A DNA stretch of 63,674 nt, filler included, from Reticulomyxa filosa (Eukaryota > Protista > Foraminifera), in assembly GCA_000512085.1 (NCBI GenBank). It is 21 parts of 21 records of this genome, joined end to end, with 100 filler letters (N's around TTAATTAATTAA, not from the genome) between each part and the next. Parts side by side here need not be neighbours in the genome. Positions count along the whole stretch, not along the records: positions 36,075 to 39,055 come from ASPP01003278.1; positions 39,156 to 40,370 come from ASPP01037878.1; positions 40,471 to 42,261 come from ASPP01020657.1; positions 42,362 to 46,162 come from ASPP01002861.1; positions 46,263 to 52,878 come from ASPP01019425.1; 16 more parts are not named here. One strand, given 5' to 3'. Below, piece by piece: positions 39,001-51,734 of the stretch. Each line of letters opens with the position of its first letter. Position 1 is the first letter of the stretch. A model generated the notes under the pieces. It had not been told where the DNA came from, ran no database searches, and saw only the letters and a program-made list of their open reading frames with translations. Made by a program: the position numbers and the translations under genes.

Positions 39001-39749
39001 CTTTTCATTTCTTTTTTTTTTTTTTTTTTAAAAAAAAGGGAAATAGCAAGAAATANNNNNNNNNNNNNNNNNNNNNNNNNNNNNNNNNNNNNNNNNNNNT
39101 TAATTAATTAANNNNNNNNNNNNNNNNNNNNNNNNNNNNNNNNNNNNNNNNNNNNAACTTTAAGGAATTAATTTTGTTTTTTGACTTGTTTTATGTTGAA
39201 CATTAATCACTTTTTAATGTATTCATTGGTAATACCACTTGAATTATTACGGTTTAGTAGCTTAAGTTGTTTGGAGTTTATTGAAAGATAAACTTGTTAT
39301 GTTACTTTTTGCATATTTCACAAGCTTTTCGATTTTCCTTTAGTAAACTTTTTTTTACGATAAACATAGCAACACAGTTTTGTAAAAGTTTATTGAATGA
39401 AAAGCAGAATTGATAGCAATACTTGAAATTTGCAAAAAAAAAAAATTCAATTAATGAAAAAGTTTTTTGAATCAAGTTAAAAAATTTGTATTCTAAATAA
39501 CAATTAGACAAAGGAAGCAACATACAAAGCATGTTGAAAGCTATTAAAAAAAGAAACTGCCTATTGTATAAAGTTGAAAAGGAGAAGGAAGAATATCCAG
39601 GAGATCTACCTTCAAGATTCCAGACATCAGCTACTGTATTATTTCTGACAGCAACAATGAAATCAAAATTGTGCATTGTAAGTGTAAGAGAAGGAGACAT
39701 GAGTGCGAGTTGTACTTTTGTGCCAATATTCAACATATCATTTTCAATG

Positions 39750-40370
39750 TCATTGGAAGTGGCGATGGTTTTTCTTGAAATCATTGACACAAGAGAAGTG
39801 CCATTGGTTACTTACCATTTCATCATTTTCAACAGTGTTATTTTCACTTTGTCGTTTCATGTCCTCCTCCTCCTCCTCCTTTTCTCTCTTCAAATTTTCT
39901 TCATTCTGGCCATTTGCAGAAGATCGAACCAAATAATCGAGGACATATTCGCGAGTCACCTGAGTGGTGATCGGTTCATTTGGCTTTGTTTTCAATGTTT
40001 GATTTCCAGCATCGACGACATTGAGAGCATATTTAACCGAATCTTCGAATTGGAATTGGACGACGCCTCTCTTTCATAATTGTTCAAGACCGTGATCAAC
40101 AGATGCAAGGCATTGACATGACTCGCGAACAAGTACTCACTGGATTGAACTTCATTTGCGAAAGAAGAGTAAATTTCCAACCTAATCACGAGTTCTCCAA
40201 TGTCTTGGCCGATCAAATCATAGTAATACTCTTTCGCAGTTGCCTTTGCGCACTCAATGACCCTTTTCATTTTCCCTCACTGATCCGTACAGCTCAAACC
40301 CTTTCAAATACAAAGTCTGTCTGCATTCATTCACCAAAAACTGTAGCATTTCAATCATCTTCGTTTTTCC
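39750..40370 (-). CDS. Hypothetical helical protein fragment (frameshifted)
   Basis: Adjacent ORFs 39992-40270 and 39750-39995 have coding-like composition. No family recognised. Confidence 0.35.
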
Positions 40371-40470
40371 NNNNNNNNNNNNNNNNNNNNNNNNNNNNNN
40401 NNNNNNNNNNNNNNTTAATTAATTAANNNNNNNNNNNNNNNNNNNNNNNNNNNNNNNNNNNNNNNNNNNN

Positions 40471-41513
40471 GAGAACGAGAACGAGAACGAGAGAGAGAAA
40501 GAGAAAGGGAGAGGGAAAGAGAAAGAGAAAAGGAAAAGGAAAGAGAAAGAGAAAGGGAAAAAGAAAAAGAAAAAGACGAAAGCGAAGATGGGGAATCAAT
40601 AAATAATAAGAGTAAATCAAAGACAAAAAGCAAGTCAGAATTCAAATCAAAAACAAAGTCGACATTGACATTGAGAAGAGAATTGAAATCGAACAGCAAT
40701 AAACACAAACATACGAATACGAATACGAATACAAATACAAATACCAATACAGATACAAATATAAATACGAATACAAATAAAAACAGAAACAAAAACAAAA
40801 GCAAAAAGAAAAATAAAAACAAAGCGAAAAACAAAAGCGACAAAACGAAAACGAAACACAAGATGAAAAATGCGAAAACGAATAAAGCGAAAAATCCAAA
40901 CAAAAAAAAAAAGGCGTCGAAAACGAAAGAAAAGATCAAATCCACCACAAAACAAAACGAAGAGGAAAAGATATTTGACAGCGTGGCCAGAGAGTTTCGA
41001 AAGCACAAGCAAAAGTTCCAAACGAGTGACATTTACAAAATTACCGTGAAGCGTTGCGGCAAGCGAATCATCACGAAATTTCGGGAAAAATTGACACTTC
41101 ATAAAAATGCCAATAGTGTTTCCGCGAAAATTTTTTTGGAAAAACACCAGCAATACATTGCCAAGCTTGTTAACAAGTATGTTACCAAACTATCGTCCCA
41201 ATCCGACAAAGATCATGGTCATGAGACTGCCAATGAACACAGTACCGATAGTACCCATCATGGTAATGAACATGAACATAAAAGTCAACATGAAAGTACG
41301 TGCGAACATTCGAAGGAAAATGCAAATGCAAATACAAATACAGATACAAATGCAAGTGCAAATGTAAATGTTGACACAAGTACCAATGCAAATGAGGGAG
41401 ATAAACACAAAGACACGAATCCGAAACTGGACGAACAGGGACACGAAAAAGATCAGAAGTGCGAAAAAGAGGCCGACGAAACAGACGGAAACAAAAACGA
41501 TCAGTCAAAATAA
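40471..41513 (+). CDS. RE/KE low-complexity protein with an SRI (Set2-Rpb1-interacting)-like C-terminal domain, 5'-partial
   Basis: (ER/EK)n tract followed by IYKITVKRCGKRII..FLEKHQQYIAKLVNKYVTKL. Confidence 0.5.
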
Positions 41514-43177
41514 ATTTTTACTCGACCCTTTTGTTTGTTTAGCTTGTGTTTTCATAAAGTTGTTGAGTTTTTAGTTTGCCTTGCTTTGTTTTCTTTTGTC
41601 TTGTTGTTATTGGCCTTGATTGCAAATGTGCTGTTTTTTTGATCTTGTGTTGGTCACTATGTGGAAATTTGATGTGTTTCGTTTCTTCATCGAAATGATT
41701 ATGCTTTTTAACAATATATAACCCGATCTAAAATCAAAAGTCCTTTTTGACCTCTTTCAATTAAAAATCACTTTGATATCATGATTTGCACAGATTATTT
41801 TGCATTTAACAAATATACAGCATTATTTACTCATATTAGCTTACATTTGTCTGTAACACAACTGTGCCATATTTGCTTTGTTATTTCAACAAGAAGTTGT
41901 TTTTTATCATTTTATTAATTGGACAAATCTTTATTTTATCAATAAAGATTTGAGAATGTATCTCACGAGTGTTATCCAAAGTAATCCTTGTTTTCTTTTT
42001 TTGAAATTTATTGCAAATTTGAATATAAGTTTGATATATCCAAAATAAATATTTTGATTAAAAATAGACGCTTTTGAGAAGTCTCAAAATCTGTTGAATA
42101 TAAAGAGCAAATACTTTTTACATTCAGACAACTATTAAATGATAAGTACGACATAGTTTAAGTTTCATTGGCAAAATGAACTAAAAGATTAAGTTAAAAC
42201 ATTTTCAAAATTATTTTAAGACTTTACGAAGGCTCGATCTTCAAAACTCAAAGGAAAAGAANNNNNNNNNNNNNNNNNNNNNNNNNNNNNNNNNNNNNNN
42301 NNNNNTTAATTAATTAANNNNNNNNNNNNNNNNNNNNNNNNNNNNNNNNNNNNNNNNNNNNATCATTTTCATTTAATCTTTTTGTTTTCAAGTCGCAGAT
42401 GCAATTATTATTCGAAATAACTCATTTGTTTTCTTCAATAAAATATTATTTGTGAAAAACATATTTAATACAGGTCCAGAAAAAAGTACATGTACGACAC
42501 ATTTTTTAAATATTTGTTTTTTTTTGTCGTAAGTTTAAAAAAAAACAATTTGATAGCACTGCAGGACAAAAATATCACTAAAAATACAAAATGATTATGG
42601 TTGATTTATTTTAGAAATATCAACGAACAAATCAACTACAAAAAAAGGGGTATGTGTTCATTATTTTTTTATTTTTTAGAGCTAGAAAGGTGAGAGCGCA
42701 GAAACACACACACAAAAATTGCAGAGTGCGAATACCTTTTCAAGGAATATGAGTCTTTTGTCTTTCGTTTAGTCTGCATGATTGTGCAATAACATTTTAA
42801 AAAATTCACTTTCAAAGAAGAAAAAAAAAGGGACCACAGTTATTTTGCAATGGTGCGAATATCTACACTTTCAGTCAAACAGTGGTTTTTATTTTCTGAT
42901 TAGATTGATGGATGTAAAAGTAGCTTGTTCGGTTCCACTTCTGTAAAAAGTTTCCTTTTCATTTCAAATATGGATCTGCATATTATTGTGAGTCATGAAC
43001 AACATGACTTCATAACTCGTTTAAATTTGTTTGCATAAGCATTTTTGCCATTCCTAAATAGAACTCAATAACAAAAAATTTTGACGAGAGAAAATGAAGT
43101 AAAAAAGCCCTTTCAAAAAATGAAGGTGTATGAACTGATATCTGCATGAAATGATTTAAATCACAAAATAAAAAAAC

Positions 43178-44704
43178 TTATTTTAAACAATCATGACGTG
43201 GAGGCACAGTTTGAAAAAATAATGAAACGTCTTCTTGATTCAAACATAAGATGGATTGATTTCGTCGATCGTTTTCCAATCGAATTGGAATTTTCCATTT
43301 CGTTAATTCTTGTTCAAAGATTTTGTTTGCAACATTATATTTATTACAAAATACTTGAACAGGGCCATTTTTAAATTTATCTCTTTGACATGTCATTGCA
43401 TATCTTAAAAAAAAGATACTTGTCTTAATAGACATAAAACGAAGGTCTAAAAGTAATTGTGATGGATTGGTAATATCCGTTGTCCAATAGTGAAATGAAT
43501 GAAGATAATTTGATTCTTGAAATAATATTTTTTCAATATCACCTATACTTTTCATCCAAGATTTTTTATTTAATAGCACGTAAGATTCAATTAAATTATT
43601 CATATCTGTTGTTGAAACAGAAGTCAATTTAAATGAAATATTTGGATATAATTTATTTTCAAAAATAGATAAAAATTGTTGATGATGAAATTGTAATAAT
43701 TGAATTTGGTCATCATTTAATAATTCTAGCATTTTTAAATGAGCAATACTTTTTAATATCATTAATTTTTTATCTTTTAAATTAATTGGATGTTTCTTAG
43801 CAAGTAAATTAGGAATCTTTTTATCAAAAAAATTAAATATTTCTTCAATTTTATTTGCTTTTAAAAATCCTGATATTATAATTGTGCACGTTATTTCATT
43901 GATATCATCTGATTCATTTAACAATTTCATCATTTTAATTGTATCTCCACATTTTGCATATACATTTAACATTGAATTATATAATATTCGATCTATTTTA
44001 ATATCACAATCATGTTTTATTTTTTTCCAAATTAATTCTGCATTTTTTAGATCACGATAACGTCCACAAATTGATAACAAATTTGTACAAATAGATACAG
44101 CAGGTTTAATAATATTATAATCGTCAATCATTTTATAAAAGTAATACAATGCTTGTTTCAACTTATTTTTTTTTAAATATACATTAATAATTGTATGAAA
44201 TGTAATATAATCAGGAATTAATCCATTTTCATTTTTATTAAACCATTGTTCAAAATAATCTCTTTGCAAATTAAATCGATCCAACATTCCTAAATATTTC
44301 AATACCGTTGTACAAAATATAACATCAAGTGGAAGATCCTTGTCATGTACAATTTGAATAATTTGATCAATTGCATTTGGATGTTTTAATTTTGAGCACT
44401 TATTGATCGCAATAAAATATGTGGAGATATCTTCAAATGAATTCATTTTCAAATATTTAATAATATCTTCCACATTTTCCATTGCACATATTCTTTTTTC
44501 ATGTTTGGACGTAACCGATATTGTGACGTCTTTCTCTTTCGATTTTCTAAAGTGTTCAATAGGCTGGCGTGCATTTGTTTGATAAAGTTGTCTACTCAAA
44601 AGAGAAAGCGGAAGTGGAGAAGATGAAAGAAAACGAAGCCGGAAGCATCTATCTCTGCAAATTCCACTTTTATAAAGTCCTCTCCCAACAGTTGCTAGCA
44701 ACAT
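43178..44704 (-). CDS. Pentatricopeptide-repeat protein, probably mitochondrial, with a degenerate SMR-like C-terminus
   Basis: PDYITFHTIINVY, ICTNLLSICG, DRILYNSMLNVYAKCG and NEITCTIIISGF are PPR repeats. Arg/Ser/Leu-rich N-terminus. W..LLLDLRFMS near the C-terminus. Single exon. Confidence 0.85.
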   Translation of the reverse strand: MLLATVGRGLYKSGICRDRCFRLRFLSSSPLPLSLLSRQLYQTNARQPIEHFRKSKEKDVTISVTSKHEKRICAMENVEDIIKYLKMNSFEDISTYFIAINKCSKLKHPNAIDQIIQIVHDKDLPLDVIFCTTVLKYLGMLDRFNLQRDYFEQWFNKNENGLIPDYITFHTIINVYLKKNKLKQALYYFYKMIDDYNIIKPAVSICTNLLSICGRYRDLKNAELIWKKIKHDCDIKIDRILYNSMLNVYAKCGDTIKMMKLLNESDDINEITCTIIISGFLKANKIEEIFNFFDKKIPNLLAKKHPINLKDKKLMILKSIAHLKMLELLNDDQIQLLQFHHQQFLSIFENKLYPNISFKLTSVSTTDMNNLIESYVLLNKKSWMKSIGDIEKILFQESNYLHSFHYWTTDITNPSQLLLDLRFMSIKTSIFFLRYAMTCQRDKFKNGPVQVFCNKYNVANKIFEQELTKWKIPIRLENDRRNQSILCLNQEDVSLFFQTVPPRHDCLK

Positions 44705-45569
44705 TGAGTTCAAAAGGAGAGATTCATTGATTAAAATGTTCAACAAAAAAAGTTTTGAGCTTTGGTTCCCCTTTAATTTTTTTGAAGTACTAATTAAGTT
44801 TTGCCAAAGTGCATAATGTTTTGGCTTGATATTTGAAATATATTTGTCAATGTTTTTCCATCATAAAATATAATGAACATATTTTCCAGTAATTCATAGC
44901 TTAACAATCCAATATCTGTCTTCACAGTTTGTTCTGTTTCAGTACTACTAAACCTTTAATTTGTTGTTTCGTTCCCCACATATTTTTACTCAATAAAAAT
45001 TTTTTGTTGAGAAAAAACTCTTCTTGGGGAGACGTTTTCTAAAAAGTTTAAGTTGCAAGAAATATATTTATTACTTGGATATCATTTTAAAATCGAGGGA
45101 CACATTTGTTTCAAATTTATAAAAAATTAAAAGTTAAAAATTTTACACAACATAAACCGACAACTAGTGGTAAATGATCACCAGGAAATATGCCATTCAA
45201 CATTGGAGGAAAGTCAAGGGAATGTCGTAGTTCTTGCGTATCGTCTTGACATTTTGGGATTGTTTTTTGTTTCACGTGCATCGACCTCCTCTTTTTGTCT
45301 TGACGAAAGCGACAATGTACCATCATTGTCATTATTATTTTCGTTTTCCATTTTCACTTTGTTCAATCCATGTTTAAACCACTAACCAGGCCTTTTACAT
45401 AATTATGTATGTATATACGTCTGCTTGTCGTATATATATAAAATACCTCTGCTCTTATGTACGTAGAATTGCTTCTTGTATGTGTACAATATCTGGACCA
45501 TACGCTTCAATTTGTGCTAATATTCTTGTGAAACGATATGTTCAGGTTCTGCTCTCCTTTTTTGTGTAC

Positions 45570-46162
45570 GAGTACGAATTTCCCAAAGCATATGCGGGAC
45601 CGTCTGTCACTCTACGGAAACAGAAAAACTATCCAATCAAATGTTATATTATCATGTGGTCGGAACAGAGCAAAGTGAGGATGTATTTTTATTGGATGCT
45701 CGGTCATGTGGAGATGCAAAATGGTTCATTAGTCCTCACGTATTTGACGATGGAAAATGGCTATTGATTTTCTTGTCTCCAAATTGTGACCCAGTTAATC
45801 GATTGTATTTGATTAAATTACAAGATTTGGATTTGAAGTCATTCTCCTTTGGTATGGAATGAAATTGTCAGTGAACACAAACGTAATCGATTGGCCGATG
45901 TGCTATGTGTTCACAAGGATTTGTTGCTACTTAATTATATGGAAGATTTGTCAAGATGCATTGCAATTGGTTGACTTGACTGGCAAACCCGTTAAATATT
46001 CCATTGCATTTCCTTCTGCACGAACTATCGTTTTCACTGGAAGAAAAACCTCGAATGAAGGCTTTTTCCATTTTACTTCATTCTTGTATCCAGGCATTAT
46101 CTATCTTTATGATTTTCGTCACCATTCCATGAAAATCCTTTTTGAAATCAAAGTACCTAATT
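45570..46162 (+). pseudogene. PREP: Prolyl oligopeptidase (S9A) beta-propeller fragment, disrupted
   Basis: LYYHVVGTEQSEDV, DDGKWLLI..CDPVNRLY and FTSFLYPGIIY are present, with internal deletions and frame breaks. Confidence 0.8.
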
Positions 46163-46272
46163 NNNNNNNNNNNNNNNNNNNNNNNNNNNNNNNNNNNNNN
46201 NNNNNNTTAATTAATTAANNNNNNNNNNNNNNNNNNNNNNNNNNNNNNNNNNNNNNNNNNNNAAAAAAAAAA

Positions 46273-46342
46273 CAAACAAACTAATTAACGAAATACATAT
46301 ATAAATAAATTTATATATGTATTTCGTTAATTAGTTTGTTTG
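46273..46342. repeat. Perfect 34-bp inverted repeat (intronic)
   Basis: CAAACAAACTAATTAACGAAATACATATATAAAT-aa-ATTTATATATGTATTTCGTTAATTAGTTTGTTTG. Confidence 0.97.
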
Positions 46343-46432
46343 GTTTTTGTTTAAATTATATAACTAAAAATGTGTGTGGATATTTCTTTTTTTCCTCTTT
46401 CCCCCCCCTCCCCCCCCTTTTTTTTTTTGAAG

Positions 46433-46842
46433 TGATATTCACGTTCATTGGCAGCCCCACGAAAGAAGAGATCAAAAAAATAACCGATCACAAGGCTCGC
46501 TATTATTTGTATGAACTCCCACACCACGAAGGCATGCCCTGGGAAGAGCTCGTCCCACGCACCAATCCTTTGGCCATCGACTTGATCTCCAAAATGCTCA
46601 CCTTTGACGTCGAGAAACGCATCACTGTCGACCAGGCCATTGAGCACCCCTACTTTGAACGTATTCGCGAACCCTTGCTGGAAAAAGTCCACAAGCCCAT
46701 CAAATTCGAATTCGAAGATCTCAAGCTCGACACCGACACCATGAAAGCATTCATTCTGAAGGAAATTATACATTACAATCCCGACGTCCAGGAGGATTTT
46801 GAAAAACTCAAGGTTTTCGACTGTCTCAACAAGCAACATTAG
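46433..46842 (+). CDS. MAP kinase, last exon
   Basis: IGSPTKEEI..ARYYL..NPLAIDLISKMLTFDVEKRITVDQAIEHPYF..FEFE..ILKEIIHY. Confidence 0.9.
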
Positions 46843-47822
46843 ACAACCTTTTTTTTTTTCTCCCTTCTTCCCCCTTTTTTTTTTGTTGTATGGGTTCCCT
46901 CTTTTTGTTAACATTGTCGTGTTTTTTGTTCTGGGCACTTGTTCGAAAGATAAGGTTTTCTTTTATGTGTGTGTGTATGTCTGCCCTCTCCCCCTTTTTT
47001 TTCCCATCATTTGTAGTTCGCAGCTTTTATCTGAACAATTGAGGGGACTTTGTGCAGTTTTTTTGTTGATTGGGAGAACTTTTTGTTTGCTTTTTTTTTG
47101 GTTTTTTGTGGGTGTTTTGAGGTGCGTTTTCTCTTGTCACAAAAATTTGCTGAATTTTCTTGACTTTCAAACGACAAAAATAAAAATGGTGGGAGAGGTA
47201 GTACGTAAATCTTGTGCTGTAGTTTGTGCACACTTACTCATATTTTATGCAAAAAAAATATTTTCATGTATTACGCTTGCGTGAAATGTACGGAATCAGT
47301 GAAAAATAGTGAACATTTTTTTTGTTTGTGTTTGAAGAATAAAGAAGAAGTAGGATCCATGTACATTATTACAAAAAGTACCGGTCAATTTTTTGCACAT
47401 GGATCTTTCATTCAATACTCAAATAAGTTTTTGAATGTGAAAACCTCCTTTACTAAATTCAAAAAAAGAAATGAATCTTCCCATAATAGATTTAGGTAAA
47501 AAAACGACCAATCCCCAAAAACCGACAATTGTTGTCAAGTGACCTCTTTTTCTTTCTCCTCTTATAATGTCATAATTCCAGCTAACTTTTTTTTTTTTGG
47601 TGTAAATCTTTGTTGGAAAAGAGAAAATCGGCACAAAAAAAAAAGTGCCAAAGAAGTTGATGCGAAGCAAAAAAAAGAAAGAAGTGGACTATGCATACGT
47701 GGTAAGCATATATTTTCAAAAAAATAGCAAACAAATCAAAAGAACACATATGATTGTTTAAAAAAAAAGTGTTTTTTTTTTTTTTATGTTTGTGTTTTTG
47801 ATGAAGAAAGTCTGTAAGAGAG

Positions 47823-48878
47823 ATGAAACTGATAATTGCAAATTGGCTGCGAAATGCAGACACCCCACTGGGGTGGATAAAAGAGTTTTATCAGATCGTT
47901 GGCAAATACGTTAATACTGATTACTGTCCTTTAAATTTTTTTTTTAAAAAAAAGCAAATTAAAAAAGAAATTTTTTTAAAATAATAATGACAATAATAAT
48001 AACAGGCCAGTTATTTCCAAAGACTAAAAATGATTTCAGCGCATACAAATAAAGTGAATAGGGTGGAATTTTCTCCCGATGGAGACAGTTTTCTATCTTG
48101 TGCGGATTACTCGGCTATCTGTTTGTGGGATAGATCAGGACAAAAAATAAAGACAATCGATATTAATTGCAGTTGGGGAGCAATTGCCACATTTCTTTCC
48201 GATGGGAAGAGAATTGCAGTTTGGGGATACGATCCGAAATTGCATCTGTTGGATGTAGAGTCAGGACGTGAATTCAAGACAGTGTCTTTGGCAAGTGGAT
48301 ATTCTTTGCTACAGATTATTCACAATGGCCATTCATTGTATGAGAGTGATGACTCTGAGAGATGTAGGATTTTGGATATAGACTCTGGCCAAATAACTCG
48401 AGAGTTTCCTCGAAGAAATAACAGAGTTGGAGCCACTCTTTCTCCTGATGGACGAATGGCGGCATCCGGTATTTATTGTACAACTATCAGTTTGTGGGAT
48501 TTTGTATCTGAAGAGGATATCCGACATCTCGAAGGTCATGTTGGCAGTATTAACCAAATTAACTTTTCGCCAGATGGAAAAACCATAGTGTCATGTTCAC
48601 AGGATACTACAATTCGATTATGGGATGTGCAATCTGGGCTTGAGATTCGAAAATTCGAGCATTCGATGCCCGTCAACAATGCCGTGTTTTCTCCTGATGG
48701 ACTAACCATTGCGTCTTGTTCGGATGATAGAACTATTCGATTATGGGATGTGGCAACTGGAATGGAAAAACAAAAATTTGATGGGCATCACCAATTTGTC
48801 ACTTGGATTAGTTTTTCACCCGATGGAACCACTCTTGTTTCTTGTGATAATCATGGAAAAATTGCATTATGGGGATAA
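47823..48878 (+). CDS. WD40-repeat paralogue with the family leader motif (start uncertain)
   Basis: Exon IIANWLRNADTPLGWIKEFYQIVGKY, intron 47910-48005 (GTTAAT..CAG), then an intact 7-blade WD40 exon. Confidence 0.9.
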
Positions 48879-49314
48879 TATTAAAGTCATTTTGCTATCT
48901 TTTTCTCCGAATAACAAGAAGCTCATACTGCTTTAAACAATTTAAAATACTCAAATTTATTTTAGATTTGTTCATATTATTTTCTGTTTTGTAAAATAAT
49001 TTGAAGCTTATTTCGTGAAGGCAGAACTTTTTTTTTAACATGCCGTCTATATAACTGTTGCATCTTTTGCGTTTTTTTTTTTGTGATCTTGTTGTGTAAA
49101 ATGTAAAAACTATCACAAACACATTAATTAATAAAAATATTTGCTGATTATTATGTTTTCCAAAACTTTAGTTAAGAACACAATTTTTATTGTCTCAGTG
49201 ATCCAACATAAATCAGCAAAGAAAAAAAAGCACAAAACGTTCCAGGGAGAAATTTTGTTTTTGAAAATATTTGAGATAATAATATAATATCAAACATCAA
49301 ATAGATCACACATC

Positions 49315-50834
49315 ATGGTAAAATTACCCAAAACAATATCTCTCTTTTTTCATGCATTAGAACAATACTTGCCCCATTTTTTTTCCCCCTCATAGCAAGT
49401 AAAAAAAAAAAAGGATGACACAAACGAAATAGCGTTTAACAGTGTTAAGTGGTCATAACAAGCCAATAAGTCAACTGAAACTCAACCGAGATGGAGACCT
49501 GTTGTTTGTGTCGAGTTTGGGAGCAGGTGGTGCAACGGAGCCGTTGTTAACAGTGTGGGACCCATTGTCAGGTGAGTGGTTGGGTTCGTTTGAAGGGCAC
49601 AGTGGTGCAGTGACGGACTTGGACGTGGATTTGAAGAGCCAGTATTTGATTAGTTCGAGCAACGACTCGACGGTGAAGATTTGGGATGTGAACAACGGCA
49701 AGGCGTTGTACACCTTCAATTTCACCGCGCAATGTCGCACTGTCTCGTGGAGCAGCGATATGCGCTTCTTTGTCACAGCAACACGTCCCTTTGGTGGAAA
49801 AGGCGCTCAAATACATATCGGAGAAAATCCTATTTTGGAAGGAGCTGACAAAGTCGATGAAGGAGGTTAAATAAATAAATAAATAAATAAATATATATAT
49901 ATACATATATATATATATATGTTTATTTATTTAATTTGTTGATAATGTTATTACTTGTTATTATTATTATTTAAAAGACTCGAAAGAGACAGAAAGAGAT
50001 GCGAAAAGTATGAAAGCGACGATAGACTTTAATGAAAACACCGGCGTACAGAGCACACGTGTCCTATGGTCTCCATTGGACGAACAGGTGTTCACTTGTT
50101 GCACTGATGGCACCATTCGCGTGTTCGACGTGACGAAACAGAAGGAAATCAAGAGCGTCGTGTTCGATCCCAAGTTCAGCGAAAAGTCCAAACTCGCTGA
50201 TGAAATTTCGCCAAGTCTTACCGACATGAAGTACGTCAATAATCACTCCGCTGTCATCATCTCCTCGCGAAATAAAGAAGCCAAAGTTTATTGTTTATTT
50301 TTTTAAAAAAAACAACTAATAATAATAATAATAATAATATATATACATATATGTATATATTTATTTATTATTATTATTATTACTTTTGCTAAACAAAACG
50401 AACGAATGAATGAATGAATAAATGAAAACCAATAAACGAATGAATAGGTATTTGATATTGAAAAATGGGATGTCATCAGAACATATTCAACAGATCGACC
50501 ATTGAATACAGTGGCGGTTCATCCGACCGCAAATGTGGTTGCTTTGGGAGGAGGTCAACAAGCGCAACAAGCCGCTCTAAGTGACCGAGAGGGGTTGTAC
50601 GAATGCTTGTTTCATCATCTGATTTTTGAAGAACGAATCGGTCTCATCCCTTGTGTTGAAAAGGAGGTCTTTTCTCCTTTAAATGCCATGTCTTTCTCTC
50701 CTGATGGCAATATCTTTGCCCTAGGCTATGAGCAAGGGCAGGTCTGCGTTTATCAAATGGATGATAGCTTTCAAAATACTGTTCAACAGATTGAAAAAAG
50801 ATTCATTACTGAAGAAGAGGAAGAAGAGCTTTAA
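49315..50834 (+). CDS. EIF3I: Eukaryotic translation initiation factor 3 subunit I
   Basis: Exons 49315-49317, 49433-49865, 49978-50285 and 50448-50834 give MRLTVLSGHNKPISQLKLNRDGDLLF..GHSGAV..DRPLN..LGGGQQA..FHHLIFEERIG..FSPLN. Confidence 0.9.
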
Positions 50835-51734
50835 ACCCATTTTTGTTTTGTTCTGTTTTTCAATTACTTCATCTTGTCTTAATCTTATTTTTGACTTATT
50901 TCTTTGGCCAAATAAAAACAACTTTTTCAGCATTCTTGCAAATGTCATTTTTCCGCAAGTTTTTCAATCTTTTTTTGCTCAGCTTTTTTTAGCTTGTTCG
51001 TTTTAGTATTTCTGATTAAGTGAACACAAAACAACTTTTTTCCGTTGATAAGTGTAATTTAGATTTCAACAAAAAAAGGGTTTGCAAAGAAGTGAATTCT
51101 GCGATTTGAAAATTCTGTTAAAGATGTCGCAAAGCGTTTCTCTTTTTGTTTTACAGCTTTTTCTGGCTTGTCAAATGACTTGGATACACTTGATTAAATA
51201 AATAACGATAAAACTCTGTCAAATCCAAAGGAGTTTTTAGCAAGATTTAGTTTGTTTTGTGGACCAGAGAGAAGTTGAATTTATACATTTTGCGAGTATA
51301 AAGATGCCACGTTCAAATCAAATCCCTTCAAATGCGTTGTCTGATTTTTGAAAGCTTCAAGAGCGAGTTTTTTGTTTAATTTGTTTACACACTATTTTTG
51401 TTGCAAAAGTCAAAAAAGGAAAAAAATTCCAGAATTTTTTGATCTACTTAAAAAATATAACAATTTAAACCACCCACTTACCGTTTTCAAAATTACACTT
51501 TCCAATTTGCTTTATAAAACACAAAATGAATGTTAATTTTTTTTTTAGTCATATTCTCAAACAAACAAAAATTATAAATTTTTATAAAATCTGCACTTCT
51601 TCTCCAATCTCTTGTGAACAGTTTTGATGGGAAATGGAAACCAAAAAAAAGATTCCATTTTTATAAGCACATTGTTTTGTGCAAATCTTTAAAAACAAAG
51701 AAGAAAAAAGACAAAAGCAAAAAAAAAAAAAATG

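Noticed and set aside
40415-41032. Long hydrophobic minus-strand ORFs (also 11578-12021, 12122-12457 and similar)
   Set aside because: These are antisense shadows of low-complexity A-rich coding repeats.
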